Of a stretch of DNA of 64,000 nt, positions 1 to 10,548 are shown piece after piece. Below the pieces are notes generated by a model, which was not told the DNA's origin, did not search any database, and was given only the letters and a program-made list of their open reading frames with translations. The translations under genes were made by a program, and so were the position numbers. Position 1 is the stretch's first letter. Every line of letters begins with the position of its first letter. This DNA comes from Burkholderiaceae bacterium (lineage in GTDB: Bacteria > Pseudomonadota > Gammaproteobacteria > Burkholderiales > Burkholderiaceae). The stretch spans positions 62,698 through 126,697 of the forward strand of contig CANFMT010000002.1 of the NCBI GenBank assembly GCA_947448415.1. The letters run 5' to 3'.

Positions 1-1
1 T

Positions 2-499
2 GGCAATGGAACGATGACGCATTTGGCTGGAGAGTTGTTTAAGCAAGTTGCTCGCGTTGATATTGTTCATGTTCCATATAAGGGCACTGGGCCTGCCGTA
101 GTGGACTTATTGGGAGGTCAGGTGCCAATGATGTTTAGCAGTATTGGTCCAGTGGCTCAATATATTAAGTCTGGGCAATTAATTGCCTTAGCGGTTACGG
201 GTGATAGTCGTTCTCCTGCATTGCCTACAGTTCCAACCTTGTCTGAATTGGGTCTTGCGCAAGCAACAGTGATTGGTTATTGGGGGGTGATGGCACCCAC
301 TGGTACATCTAATGAAATTACCGAAAAGCTCGCTAAATCTATTAACGATGCAGTGAAACGTCCCGATGTAAATCAGAGATTAATTGGTTTAGGTATTGAT
401 CCATCTTTTGCTACGGGTGCCCGTTATGAAAAGATTTTAAGTACCGAGATTCCTAAGTGGGCTCAAGTTATTAAGCAGGCAAATATCAAAATTGATTGA
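2..499 (+). CDS. Bug/TctC-family solute receptor, 5'-truncated by the window edge
   Basis: Frame is open from the window start (GNGTMTHLAGE). Bug motifs HVPYKGTGPAVVDLLGG and LPTVPT are present. Confidence 0.9.
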   Translation, partial: GNGTMTHLAGELFKQVARVDIVHVPYKGTGPAVVDLLGGQVPMMFSSIGPVAQYIKSGQLIALAVTGDSRSPALPTVPTLSELGLAQATVIGYWGVMAPTGTSNEITEKLAKSINDAVKRPDVNQRLIGLGIDPSFATGARYEKILSTEIPKWAQVIKQANIKID

Positions 500-517
500 A
501 GTTTTAGAAAGAAAATT

Positions 518-1681
518 GTGAGAATCGTTGATATTCGAGAGCATTCAGTACCGCTAAATTCAAGCATTCGTAATGCAGTGTTTGATTTTAGTGAGATGAC
601 AACATCAGTTGTCGCAGTGATAACGGATGTGATTCGCGATGGAAAGCCAGTGGTTGGTTTTGCCTTTAACTCGACTGGGCGCTACGCCTGTGGCGCGCAA
701 ATGCGAGACCGCTTAATCCCGCGCATTATGAAGGCTAAGCCTGAATCTCTTTTAAATGAAGCTGGTAATAATTTAGATCCAGAAAAAATACTAGCTTGCA
801 TGATGCAGCGAGAAAAGCCAGGTGGGCATACAGAGAGATCAGTAGCTGTAGGCACTATTGAGGTGGCAATCTGGGATGCGGTTGCAAAGATTGAGGGCCG
901 TCCATTACATGCAACACTAGCTAGCCAGTTCTCCGATGGCAAAGTGCAAAAAGAAATTCCTTGTTATGTGGGTGGAGGGTGGTATGCCCCTGGTAAAGGA
1001 ATTCCTGGGTTATTAGATGAGATTAAGAGCCGCCTTGATGAGGGCTATACGACGATGAAAATTAAAGTCGGTGGCGCTTCGGTTGAGGAGGATATTGCTC
1101 GCCTGGAGGCATCGCTTAATGTTGTTGGGGGAGGGCAGCATTTGGCTGTGGATGCAAATGCTGGACTAACACCAGAGCGAGCGCTTGCGTACGCTAAAGC
1201 TTTGCAGCCATACAACTTGCGTTGGTTTGAGGAGCCTACCGATCCTTTGGACTTTGCACTGCTAGCAGAAATTGCAGATGTGTATTCAGCACCTATTGGA
1301 ACCGGGGAAAATCTTTTTTCAACACAAGATATACGTAATTTGATTACCTTCGGTGGTATGCGCAAGGATCTTGACATTATTCAGATTGATGTACCTCAGT
1401 CATATGGCATCGTGCAATTTAGTAGAACCCTAAAAATGCTCGAGGATCGCGGTTGGGGGCGGCATTCTGTTTTTCCTCATGGAGGAAATTTGATGACTTT
1501 AGCCATTGTTGCTGGATTTGGTTTGGGTGGGTGTGAGGCCTACCCCGGCACCTTTGGAGTCTTTGCAGGTTTTGCGGATGATTCCAAAGTAAGTAATGGA
1601 AAAATTAATTTATCGGATAGACCAGGAATTGGTTTTGAGGGACAAAATGCCCTCTACGATGTCATGAAAAATATTGTTTAG
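518..1681 (+). CDS. Enolase-superfamily (mandelate racemase subgroup) enzyme, D-tartrate dehydratase TarD-like
   Basis: IRNA, EKPGGHTERSVAVG, KxK (KIK), metal ligands DAN/FEEP/GEN and PHGG all resemble TarD. Substrate uncertain. Confidence 0.85.
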   Translation: MRIVDIREHSVPLNSSIRNAVFDFSEMTTSVVAVITDVIRDGKPVVGFAFNSTGRYACGAQMRDRLIPRIMKAKPESLLNEAGNNLDPEKILACMMQREKPGGHTERSVAVGTIEVAIWDAVAKIEGRPLHATLASQFSDGKVQKEIPCYVGGGWYAPGKGIPGLLDEIKSRLDEGYTTMKIKVGGASVEEDIARLEASLNVVGGGQHLAVDANAGLTPERALAYAKALQPYNLRWFEEPTDPLDFALLAEIADVYSAPIGTGENLFSTQDIRNLITFGGMRKDLDIIQIDVPQSYGIVQFSRTLKMLEDRGWGRHSVFPHGGNLMTLAIVAGFGLGGCEAYPGTFGVFAGFADDSKVSNGKINLSDRPGIGFEGQNALYDVMKNIV

Positions 1682-1775
1682 TAATAACTTCCTGGTGTGT
1701 ATCTTGCTGTTTTGGATGCAGTGCATTATCAAGGATTGACATATACTGTTTTTGAGAAATTACTAGGGTTTAACT

Positions 1776-2642
1776 ATGACGCTCATCACCAGTCCGGAAT
1801 CTATTTTGGACATCGCTACTGCAGCAATGCAGAGCACGGAAGATCAGCGCCTAAAAACTTTAGTAACCTCGCTGACTAAGCATTTACATCAGTTTGTATT
1901 GGAAAACCAACTTACTGAGCTTGAATTTGAACGGGCGCTCCAATTTATTGTTGGCATAGGCCAAGCTACCGGCAAGAATACTAATGAAGTAGTACTTGCT
2001 GCAGATATTTTGGGTGTTTCTTCATTGGTATCCACCATCAATAATCTTGATCTAGATGGCGGCTCATATGCTGCCTTGCTAGGACCGTTTTGGCGTAAAA
2101 ATGCCCCCTTATGCGCTTGGGGGGAAAATATTTCTCGGACCGAATTGGGGGGTCAGCCCATGGAGGTTCGTGGGTTGATTTTGGATGAGTCCAAAAAACC
2201 AATTGCCTCTGCAATTGTTGATGTTTGGCATTCCTCACCAGTTGGTTTTTATGAAAATCAAGACGATCAACAAGTGGATATGAATTTACGTGGCAGGTTT
2301 GAGACCAATGAAAATGGGGAATTTTTCTTCAGAACTATTCGCCCTGCTGGGTATCCCGTTCCAACAAATGGTCCGTGCGGCGAATTATTGCGCGCTCAAA
2401 AGCGACATCCTAATCGTCCGGCCCATATTCATTTCATGATTTCAAAGCCTGGTTATAAAGTTTTAATAACGCAGGTTTTTGATTCAACTGATGAAAATTT
2501 AGAAAGTGATCCGGTGTTCGGTGTTTCTAAGCAGTTAGTTGGCAAGTATCTTACTGATGAAGCAACCGGCATCTGCAAGTTAAGCCATTCTTTTGTATTA
2601 CAAGCTGGAGAAATGGTTTTTCCAGCACCCCCCATCCCTTAG
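1776..2642 (+). CDS. Intradiol ring-cleavage dioxygenase (catechol/hydroxyquinol 1,2-dioxygenase family)
   Basis: N-terminal dimerisation helices and DVWH. Fe ligands are Tyr (GFYE), Tyr (PAGYPVP) and His-x-His (RPAHIH). Confidence 0.92.
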   Translation: MTLITSPESILDIATAAMQSTEDQRLKTLVTSLTKHLHQFVLENQLTELEFERALQFIVGIGQATGKNTNEVVLAADILGVSSLVSTINNLDLDGGSYAALLGPFWRKNAPLCAWGENISRTELGGQPMEVRGLILDESKKPIASAIVDVWHSSPVGFYENQDDQQVDMNLRGRFETNENGEFFFRTIRPAGYPVPTNGPCGELLRAQKRHPNRPAHIHFMISKPGYKVLITQVFDSTDENLESDPVFGVSKQLVGKYLTDEATGICKLSHSFVLQAGEMVFPAPPIP

Positions 2643-2658
2643 GAGTTTTAGGCAAGTT

Positions 2659-3420
2659 ATGAGTACTTTTCAATCTGTTGATGAACTAAACGGCAAAGTA
2701 GCAGTCATTATTGGAGGCAATGGTGCCGCTGGATTTGCAACGGCTAAGCGTTTAGCTAAGCTTGGCGCAACCTGTGTGTTGATTAGTCGTAATGCCTTAG
2801 AAAAGGGCGTCGAGCAAATTAAAGAGCTGCCTGGCGGCAAACATTTTTGTTTAAACGCTTCTATTATCGATTCGCCAAGCTTAATTGCTGCTGCAAAAGA
2901 GGTTGAAAGCCGTCTTGGCCGCTGCGATATCTTAGTAAACTCTGCCGGTTTTACTAAGCCAGTACCTGCTGCGAATTTGGAATTGCTCACGGATGATTTA
3001 ATTGATGAGGTATTAAAAGCGAATTTTCGCGGAGTGTTTGCTTCGATCAGAGCATTTCAGCCTTTGCTAAAAGCAAGTGGCGATGGTTTAGTCGTCAACG
3101 TATCTTCTATTGCGGCATTTACTGGTGTTGGTAGCAATCTCGCCTATGTTGCGGCAAAGGCAAGCCTTGATATTGTGAGTGAGTCTTTGGCAAAAGTGCT
3201 TGCGCCGACGATTCGAGTCTTGTGTGTTTCACCAGGTGTTGTTGATTCTGGTTTTGTACCGGGGCGCGCTGGCGACTTTAATGAAAAAACTGCAGCAACG
3301 ACTCCCTTAAAGCGAATTGGTACACCGGATGATGTTGCTTCTGCGATTGAGGCGTGTGCCACAACATTACGTTTTTCAACGGGAACACGGATTGTGATTG
3401 ATGGTGGCCGACACCTATAA
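2659..3420 (+). CDS. SDR-family oxidoreductase
   Basis: VAVIIGGNGAAG Rossmann loop, LVNSAG, NVSS and YVAAK. Start moved to ATG 2659, downstream of AGGAG. Confidence 0.9.
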   Translation: MSTFQSVDELNGKVAVIIGGNGAAGFATAKRLAKLGATCVLISRNALEKGVEQIKELPGGKHFCLNASIIDSPSLIAAAKEVESRLGRCDILVNSAGFTKPVPAANLELLTDDLIDEVLKANFRGVFASIRAFQPLLKASGDGLVVNVSSIAAFTGVGSNLAYVAAKASLDIVSESLAKVLAPTIRVLCVSPGVVDSGFVPGRAGDFNEKTAATTPLKRIGTPDDVASAIEACATTLRFSTGTRIVIDGGRHL

Positions 3421-3455
3421 CAGCCTAGAGACTCAGATATCACCAAGAAAACACC

Positions 3456-4454
3456 ATGACAGTAAGTAAGCAAGAATTGCGCGCCATGCGCCTAAACAAT
3501 AAGGTTGCCTCTATAGATGACCTGGTTGTATCGATTGAGAATCAATCTCCTCCTATATTGAAAAGTGGAGAGGCTCTAGTGCGGGTTAGTAGCGCAGGCG
3601 TAAATCCAAGTGATGTGAAAGCAGCCCTTGGCATCATGCCAAAAGCGGTTTTTCCTCGCATTCCGGGTCGTGATTTTTCAGGTGTAGTGGCGGATGGCCC
3701 AGCTGATTGGGTTGGAAAAGAAGTTTGGGGATCAGGTGGAGATGTTGGCATTACACGCGATGGCTCTCATGCTGGGTGGTTAGTTTTACCCATCTCAGCC
3801 TTATATGAAAAGCCAATCAATTTGAATTTTGATGAGGCTGGCTCAGTAGGCGTGCCTTTTGTAACTGCTTATGAGGGCTTCCGAAGAAGTGGCTTGCCCA
3901 AGGCGGGTCAAACGGTTGCAGTCATGGGCGCAAATGGAAAAGTTGGGCAGGCTGCAGTGCAAATTGCCGCTATGAATGGCGCCAATGTCATTGCTGTTCA
4001 GCGCTCTGAAAAGTACGAGACTTTTTCATCTACTCCTGTACAAGTTGTCAATGCAAAAACATTAAGTCCAGATGAAATTGCTCAAAAATTATTGCAATTT
4101 AGCAACGGTAAAGGCGCTGATATTATTTTCAACACGGTAGGTAGCGCCTATTTTGAGGCTGCTAATAAATCGTTAGCCAAGGGTGGTACGCAGATATTTA
4201 TTGCGACCCAAGACCGAGCAGTTCCATTTGATATCTTTTCTTTCTACCGCGGGATGCATACCTATGTAGGTATCGATACCTTAGCATTGGATTGCATTGA
4301 ATCTACAAAGCTGCTTAACTTATTACGCCCTGGGTTTGAGTCCGGCAAATTAAAGCCTTTTAAAGTCGATCAAGTATTCGAGCTTAAGGATGCCCTTGAG
4401 GCATATAAGCTCGTATTGGGCGGATCACAAAATAGAGTGGTATTTAAGTTGTAG
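3456..4454 (+). CDS. MDR-family NADPH:quinone oxidoreductase-like protein
   Basis: GVNPSD, PGRDFSG and GANGKVG motifs. No Zn-binding Cys cluster. Confidence 0.88.
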   Translation: MTVSKQELRAMRLNNKVASIDDLVVSIENQSPPILKSGEALVRVSSAGVNPSDVKAALGIMPKAVFPRIPGRDFSGVVADGPADWVGKEVWGSGGDVGITRDGSHAGWLVLPISALYEKPINLNFDEAGSVGVPFVTAYEGFRRSGLPKAGQTVAVMGANGKVGQAAVQIAAMNGANVIAVQRSEKYETFSSTPVQVVNAKTLSPDEIAQKLLQFSNGKGADIIFNTVGSAYFEAANKSLAKGGTQIFIATQDRAVPFDIFSFYRGMHTYVGIDTLALDCIESTKLLNLLRPGFESGKLKPFKVDQVFELKDALEAYKLVLGGSQNRVVFKL

Positions 4455-4473
4455 CCTTAACTTATCTGGAGCA

Positions 4474-4827
4474 ATGATGCACATTACCCGCTTTAACGAA
4501 GCTAAAACCTACCAGGCAAATAATCATGACAACATGACTTGCTTGCGTTTGCAAGGCAAAGAGGCTAGCCCATGCCATCAGATGTGGATGGGCATGAGTG
4601 TGTTTGAGCCGGGTGGTCAGACCGGATTAGATGGATCGGATGTAGAAAAGATTTATTTTGTTGTTGAGGGTGAGATCACCGTTTATTGTGAATCTGCGAG
4701 CGGTGAAAAGTCAGAAGCAGTTCTGCTTGCTAATGATTCATGTGTTTTTTTGATTGGTGAAAAGAGGCAGTTAAAGAATCTGAGTAATCAAGTTGCAAAG
4801 GTTGTACTGGTGATGGCATCACCTTAA
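4474..4827 (+). CDS. Cupin-domain protein
   Basis: FEPGG...EKIYFVVEGEI...GEKRQLKN cupin pattern. GGAG precedes ATG 4474/4477. Confidence 0.8.
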   Translation: MMHITRFNEAKTYQANNHDNMTCLRLQGKEASPCHQMWMGMSVFEPGGQTGLDGSDVEKIYFVVEGEITVYCESASGEKSEAVLLANDSCVFLIGEKRQLKNLSNQVAKVVLVMASP

Positions 4828-4860
4828 ATTTCCTTAAACCATTCAATATAAAAATAAATC

Positions 4861-5859
4861 ATGAGACCACTACAGAGCACTTCTAAGCATTTATTAAGAA
4901 CAATCACTTTATTCCTGGTGTTTATATTTTCTGGAATTAGTGCGGCTTACTCTCAGACGCCCTGGCCCAAGGCGCAAACCATTAAATTTATTGTTCCTTT
5001 TACGCCTGGAAGTGGCACGGATGTCATAGCTCGAGTACTGGCTAATAGATTGGCAGAGAAACTTGAAACATCAATATTTGTTGAGAACAAGCCAGGAGCA
5101 GGTGGAACCATAGGCGCAGCTATCGTTGCCAAGGCAGAGCCAAATGGCTACACGTTTTTAATCACATCATCAGGGCATACCGTTAACCCATCGCTGTATA
5201 CCAATCTTCCCTACGATACCTTGAAAGATTTTTCTGGTGTTACATCCTTGGTGGAGTTGCCCAATGTGATGGTTACTTCTCCTGATGCGGGTTATTCATC
5301 GGTAAAAGATTTAGTTGCTAAAGTTCAGGCAGCTCCTGGAACAAAGAATTATGCATCTGCTGGTAATGGTTCTGCCACTCATATGAACGCAGAGAAATTT
5401 AAAATGGCAGCAAAAATTAATGCAAATCATATTCCCTACAAAGGAACGCCTGATGCAATTACCGATACCATTGCAGGAAGGGTAGATTGGTTTTTCTCCC
5501 CAGTTGTTTCGGCTCTTCCTTTGATTAAAGATGGCAAGTTACAAGCTTTGGCAGTTGGTACCGATAAAAGATCTCCCGTTCTTCCTAATGTTCCAACTAC
5601 TGCTGAAGCAGGGGTGCCAAATTCTTCTTATACATTCTGGGTAGGGCTCTTTGCGCCATCAAAAACCCCAAGAAAAATTATTGATCAAATGAATCAAAAC
5701 ATCATTACGATCATGAAAGAGCCGCAAATCGTTGCGCAGTTAAATAAGCTTGGAGCGGAGCCTATATTGATGAGCCCTCTAAAATTTGATCAGATGGTAA
5801 AAGTTGAAATGGATGCCAATGCGATCTTGGTTAAAGAATCCAAGATGTCTGTCAACTAG
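4861..5859 (+). CDS. Bug/TctC-family solute receptor
   Basis: Signal peptide, VPFTPGSGTD, ENKPGAGG, YASAGNGS, HIPYKG. Confidence 0.93.
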   Translation: MRPLQSTSKHLLRTITLFLVFIFSGISAAYSQTPWPKAQTIKFIVPFTPGSGTDVIARVLANRLAEKLETSIFVENKPGAGGTIGAAIVAKAEPNGYTFLITSSGHTVNPSLYTNLPYDTLKDFSGVTSLVELPNVMVTSPDAGYSSVKDLVAKVQAAPGTKNYASAGNGSATHMNAEKFKMAAKINANHIPYKGTPDAITDTIAGRVDWFFSPVVSALPLIKDGKLQALAVGTDKRSPVLPNVPTTAEAGVPNSSYTFWVGLFAPSKTPRKIIDQMNQNIITIMKEPQIVAQLNKLGAEPILMSPLKFDQMVKVEMDANAILVKESKMSVN

Positions 5860-5965
5860 TAGATTATTGTTATTTGAAGATGCAGCATGTAATGAAAGAG
5901 CTTTAGTTTGATGCGAAGTCATCAGGCTCTCTTCGTAAATCAGCCCATCATCTAGAATAGATGAT

Positions 5966-6850
5966 ATGAAAATTGATTTTGATGGTATCCAAGCATTCGT
6001 TGTCATTGCAGAACTTGGCGGATTTAATAAGGCCGCAGACCAACTACACATCACGCAAACCGCCTTGACGCGACGGATGCAAAAGCTCGAGTCATATTTG
6101 GGCTTAAAGTTAATTGATAGAACTACACGTCATGTAGAGTTAACTGCGATAGGCAGGGAGTTCTTGCCTCAAGCCCGTGCAATCGTCAATGAGATGACTT
6201 CAGCGGTAGATCATCTCAAAGATATGTCTGAGAATGCCAAAGGAAGCTTTACGCTTTCTTGTATACCAAGTCTTACGGTCAGCATGGTGCCGCAACTCAT
6301 TCGTCAATATGCCAATACCTATCCAGATAATCGGATTCGTATCATTGATGCGATTTCTAGTGAGGTAAGAAAGGCAGTCATTAATCATCAAGCTGAAATT
6401 GGTATTGCTTTGCATGGTGAAAAACATCCGGATCTGATTGAGACATCTTTATTTGATGATCCACTAGTTTTTATTTGCCGCGATACACATCCACTTAAGG
6501 ATAGAAAATCTGTTTCTTGGTCAGATATGCGTGATACAGGTTTAGTCGTAGTTAGTAACTTTACGGCTACCCGTGTCTTAATGGACTATCAGCTTGCTCA
6601 ACATGGCATCCATCTCAATGGCAGTTATGAAGTCCAGCACCATGCAACAGCCATTAATTTAGTTGCAGCGGGGGTAGGATGTGCGATTTTGCCCTCTTCA
6701 ACACTAAATGATGGTGATAGACAGCACATTGTGAAGATTGCCTTAAAAGATCCCTTGGTGAAGCGCAAAGTGACGCTTTTACGACACAAGAATACTAGCT
6801 TATCCCCGGCGGCCCAGGCCTTTTTCAAGCTAATTCAGAAAAGTGTGTGA
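5966..6850 (+). CDS. tcuR: LysR-family regulator, probable TcuR
   Basis: LysR HTH (GFNKAADQLHITQTALTRRMQKLE). Lies directly upstream of tcuA in the same orientation. Confidence 0.75.
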   Translation: MKIDFDGIQAFVVIAELGGFNKAADQLHITQTALTRRMQKLESYLGLKLIDRTTRHVELTAIGREFLPQARAIVNEMTSAVDHLKDMSENAKGSFTLSCIPSLTVSMVPQLIRQYANTYPDNRIRIIDAISSEVRKAVINHQAEIGIALHGEKHPDLIETSLFDDPLVFICRDTHPLKDRKSVSWSDMRDTGLVVVSNFTATRVLMDYQLAQHGIHLNGSYEVQHHATAINLVAAGVGCAILPSSTLNDGDRQHIVKIALKDPLVKRKVTLLRHKNTSLSPAAQAFFKLIQKSV

Positions 6851-6878
6851 CTTGAGGGTGTTGGCATACTATTATTGC

Positions 6879-6915
6879 GATAAATGAAATAATTAAAGCT
6901 AATATTTCATTTATC
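6879..6915. promoter_or_regulatory. Perfect 13-bp inverted repeat upstream of tcuA, probable LysR operator
   Basis: GATAAATGAAATA-N11-TATTTCATTTATC in the LysR-tcuA intergenic region. Confidence 0.6.
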
Positions 6916-6946
6916 AATATAAACGTAATGCTCGATACTCCTGTTC

Positions 6947-8380
6947 ATGTCAATCAATTCAAAACACAATAAACCCGATGTCTTGGTCATTGGGGGAGGC
7001 AATGCTGCGCTCTGTGCAGCATTAATGGCGCGTGAAGCTGGCTCTACAGTTCTAATCCTGGAGGCAGCTCCTAAGGAGTGGCGCGGAGGAAACTCTATCC
7101 ACACTCGGAATATTCGTTCTATGCATAACGCTCCAGAAGATGTCTTGATGGAAGCTTATCCAGAAGAAGAGTATTGGCAAGATGTCATCAAGGTTACCGG
7201 CGGTCTGACGGATGAACGATTGGCGAGATTTGTTATCCGCGCATCTTCTAATTGCCGTGACTGGATGCAAAGTCATGGGGTGCGTTTTCAGGCGCCACTT
7301 TCTGGCACGCTCAATCTATCGCGTACTAATGCATTTTTTATGGGTGGAGGCAAAGCACTCATTAATGCCTACTTTAGAAGCGCCGAAAAATTAGGTATCG
7401 AGATTCGCTATAACTCGCCAGTCGACTCTTTAGAGATTGTCGATGGTCAGTTTGTTGCTGCCAATGTTGGTGGTGAGCGCATAGAAGCCAAAACATGCGT
7501 GATGGCAGCAGGTGGTTTCGAGTCGAATCGCGAATGGCTTAAAGAAGCTTGGGGTGTTAATCAATGGGGCGAAGCGCCGGCAGATAATTTCTTAATACGT
7601 GGTACTAGATTTAATAATGGCGTATTACTTAAGCAGTTAATTGATATGGGTGCAGATTCAGTAAGTGATGCCACTCAGGCCCACATGGTGGCTATTGATG
7701 CCAGAGCGCCTTTATATGATGGTGGAATTTGTACTCGTATTGACTGCGTATCTTTTGGAATTGTTGTGAATAAATTTGCGCAACGCTTCTCAGATGAGGG
7801 CGAAGATTTTTGGCCCAAGCGATATGCTTTTTGGGGCAGGTTAGTTGCTCAGCAACAAGGTCAAATTGGATATTCCATCATTGACTCCAAAGTATTGGGA
7901 CGTTTTATGCCGCCCGTGTTCCCTGGCGAAAAGGCCGATACGATTGAGGAGTTAGCAGTTAAGCTTGGACTGGATCCAGAGGCTCTGAAAGAGACGATTA
8001 GGGTCTATAACAGCGCATGTCGCGTTGGAACCTTCGATCACACCATCATGGATGATTGCCATACCGAGGGCATTACGCCTGAAAAAACCCATTGGGCAAT
8101 TCCAATCGATACAGGCCCTTTTTATGGTTACACCGTACGCCCAGGCGTGACATTTACCTACCTTGGTTTAAAGACGGATGAATCTACGGCTGTTCACTTT
8201 AATGGCAAGCCAAGTGAAAATTTATTTGTTGCTGGCGAAATGATGGCAGGCAATGTCTTAGGTAAGGGTTATGCCGCTGGAATTGGAATGGCAATTGGTA
8301 CTGCCTTTGGGCGCGCTGCGGGCGTATCAGCTGCTAAAGCAGCATTACATCAAGAGGAACAAGTCAGTGCAACAACTTAA
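6947..8380 (+). CDS. tcuA: FAD-dependent tricarballylate dehydrogenase TcuA
   Basis: [49 protein letters not shown]. Adjacent to tcuB. Confidence 0.92.
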   Translation: MSINSKHNKPDVLVIGGGNAALCAALMAREAGSTVLILEAAPKEWRGGNSIHTRNIRSMHNAPEDVLMEAYPEEEYWQDVIKVTGGLTDERLARFVIRASSNCRDWMQSHGVRFQAPLSGTLNLSRTNAFFMGGGKALINAYFRSAEKLGIEIRYNSPVDSLEIVDGQFVAANVGGERIEAKTCVMAAGGFESNREWLKEAWGVNQWGEAPADNFLIRGTRFNNGVLLKQLIDMGADSVSDATQAHMVAIDARAPLYDGGICTRIDCVSFGIVVNKFAQRFSDEGEDFWPKRYAFWGRLVAQQQGQIGYSIIDSKVLGRFMPPVFPGEKADTIEELAVKLGLDPEALKETIRVYNSACRVGTFDHTIMDDCHTEGITPEKTHWAIPIDTGPFYGYTVRPGVTFTYLGLKTDESTAVHFNGKPSENLFVAGEMMAGNVLGKGYAAGIGMAIGTAFGRAAGVSAAKAALHQEEQVSATT

Positions 8381-9512
8381 TTCATTAATAGCTGAAGCGA
8401 ATGCCTTAGGTGCCAACATGCCCGAGATTGAAGCGGCGCGCATGCTTTCTATCTGTAATGCATGTCGCTACTGCGAAGGGTTTTGCGCCGTCTTTCCTGC
8501 TATGACTCGCCGTATAGAGTTCTTGCCAGCAGATGTTAATTACATGGCAAATCTTTGTCATAATTGCGGCGCTTGTTTGCATGCTTGTCAATATGCACCA
8601 CCGCATGAGTTTGCGGTCAATATTCCAAAGGTAATGGCTCAGGTCCGCAAAGAAACTTATATTACTTATGCATGGCCAAAAGCATTTGGAGAGCTGTATA
8701 AAAGTAATGGTGTAACGGTAGCGCTCGCCAGTTCTTTATCAATTGCTTTATTTTTAATTCTCACTCTTGCCATCAATGGGAACCTTAGTAGCGGTCCATC
8801 AGATGGCAATTTTTACGCTATTTTTTCGCATAACACGCTTGCGTTGATGTTTGGTGCAGTCTTTTGCTTTGCCCTGTTTGCAATTTTTATGGGCTTAAGT
8901 AATTTTTGGGTACGCATTACGCCCGGGCAAGCCTCTGGTGCTGCATTGGCAGAAGCTACTCACGATGCTTTGACTTTAAAGTATCTGGGCGGGGGCCATG
9001 GCGAAGGTTGTAATAATGAAGATGATGCATTTTCTCTCTGGCGCAAACGCTTTCATCACTTCACCTTCTATGGTTTCATGCTTTGTTTTGCAGCGACTAG
9101 CGTTGCTACTCTTTACCACTATCTTTTGGACTTACATGCGCCATATGCATTAAATAGCCTGCCAGTGATTCTGGGCACTCTTGGTGGAATTGGCCTGCTA
9201 ATTGGGCCTGCTGGACTGCTTTATTTGAACCTGGTGCGCAGTTCTGAGCATGGCGATGCTTCACAAAAACCGATGGATAGGGCATTTATATTGCTATTGC
9301 TTTTAATTAGCGCCTCAGGTCTTGCATTGCTGGCTTATCGTGATACTGTCTATATGGCTGCATTGCTAGCGATTCATTTGGGTTTTGTCATGGGCTTTTT
9401 CTTGACAATGCCGTATGGAAAATTTGCACATGGTTTGTATAGAGCGGCCGCACTTCTAAAGAATGCGATTGAAAAAAGACAGGTAAATAAAGTTGGCCTA
9501 GGCGGAGAATAG
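8367..9512 (+). CDS. tcuB: Tricarballylate utilisation 4Fe-4S membrane protein TcuB
   Basis: [11 protein letters not shown] and [11 protein letters not shown] ferredoxin motifs, TM helices, [10 protein letters not shown] start at 8367 after GAGG. Confidence 0.92.
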   Translation: MQQLNSLIAEANALGANMPEIEAARMLSICNACRYCEGFCAVFPAMTRRIEFLPADVNYMANLCHNCGACLHACQYAPPHEFAVNIPKVMAQVRKETYITYAWPKAFGELYKSNGVTVALASSLSIALFLILTLAINGNLSSGPSDGNFYAIFSHNTLALMFGAVFCFALFAIFMGLSNFWVRITPGQASGAALAEATHDALTLKYLGGGHGEGCNNEDDAFSLWRKRFHHFTFYGFMLCFAATSVATLYHYLLDLHAPYALNSLPVILGTLGGIGLLIGPAGLLYLNLVRSSEHGDASQKPMDRAFILLLLLISASGLALLAYRDTVYMAALLAIHLGFVMGFFLTMPYGKFAHGLYRAAALLKNAIEKRQVNKVGLGGE

Positions 9513-9519
9513 TTTAAAA

Positions 9520-10503
9520 ATGAAGATACTCAAGCAGAATGTTTTTTTCAGCATATCGTTAGTAATTACATTAAGCCTTCTCGGCCAATCTGCTGGTGCT
9601 CAAGAGTTCCCGCCTAAGAAAAGTATTTCTATCGTAGTTGGTTTTGCGGCTGGTGGAGCAACCGATACAGCCGCCCGCATTATTGCCAAAAAGCTGGGTG
9701 ACAATATTGGTGCAAATATATTGGTTGATAATCGCCCTGGTGCAGGTGGCAATATAGCGCATCAATTTGCAGCTAACGGCCCTACCGATGGCAGCACAAT
9801 CTTATTTGGCTCTGTCGGTCCGCTAACTATTGCTCCGCATATGATGAAGTTGCCATATGACCCAGTTAAAGATCTTGCGCCTATTACTATGGGCGTGAAC
9901 TTTCCGAACATACTAGTGGTTAATTCCGGCACAGGAATTAAAACATTTGCTGAGTACATTGCTTTTGCAAAGAAAAATCCAAACAAACTGGAATATGCGT
10001 CTACTGGCCCAGGCTCTGCATCACATCTCGCTGGTGAATTGTTAGATGAGATGGCTGGTATAGAAACAGTGCACGTACCTTACAAAGGTGGTGCTCCAGC
10101 ACTACAGGATTTATTGGGTGGACGCGTTGCAGCATATTTCTCTACTTATAGTACTGCTCAGGCCTATATTGCCAATGGACAGTTAATTCCTTTGGCAGTC
10201 ACTGGTCCGACACGTCTAAAGTCTTTACCAAAAGTACCAACGATTGCTGAATCTGGCTATCCAGGATTTAATGCGACTAATTGGTATGCATTTGTAGCCT
10301 CATCAAAAGTACCTGTTCCAATTTTGGATCGCTGGAACCTTGAGATAGTAAAGGTGCTCAAATCACCAGATGTCGTACAGCAACTCAATGATCATGGTTT
10401 GACACCAATGCCTACTTCACGTGATGAGCTTGCTAAATATATGGCAAAAGAGTCTGCTCAATGGGGCAAGATTATTCGGGAGAGAAAAATCACCGGTGAG
10501 TAA
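9520..10503 (+). CDS. Bug/TctC-family solute receptor (tcu operon)
   Basis: GFAAGGATD, DNRPGAGG, HVPYKGG. Confidence 0.93.
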   Translation: MKILKQNVFFSISLVITLSLLGQSAGAQEFPPKKSISIVVGFAAGGATDTAARIIAKKLGDNIGANILVDNRPGAGGNIAHQFAANGPTDGSTILFGSVGPLTIAPHMMKLPYDPVKDLAPITMGVNFPNILVVNSGTGIKTFAEYIAFAKKNPNKLEYASTGPGSASHLAGELLDEMAGIETVHVPYKGGAPALQDLLGGRVAAYFSTYSTAQAYIANGQLIPLAVTGPTRLKSLPKVPTIAESGYPGFNATNWYAFVASSKVPVPILDRWNLEIVKVLKSPDVVQQLNDHGLTPMPTSRDELAKYMAKESAQWGKIIRERKITGE

Positions 10504-10548
10504 AGTGGGGTATTATTTTTTTAATCACTACTTTTAGATAAGCGCTTT

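Noticed and set aside
1697-1879. 60-aa ORF overlapping the dioxygenase start
   Set aside because: GTG start without an SD, out-of-frame overlap with a real gene, and no motif.
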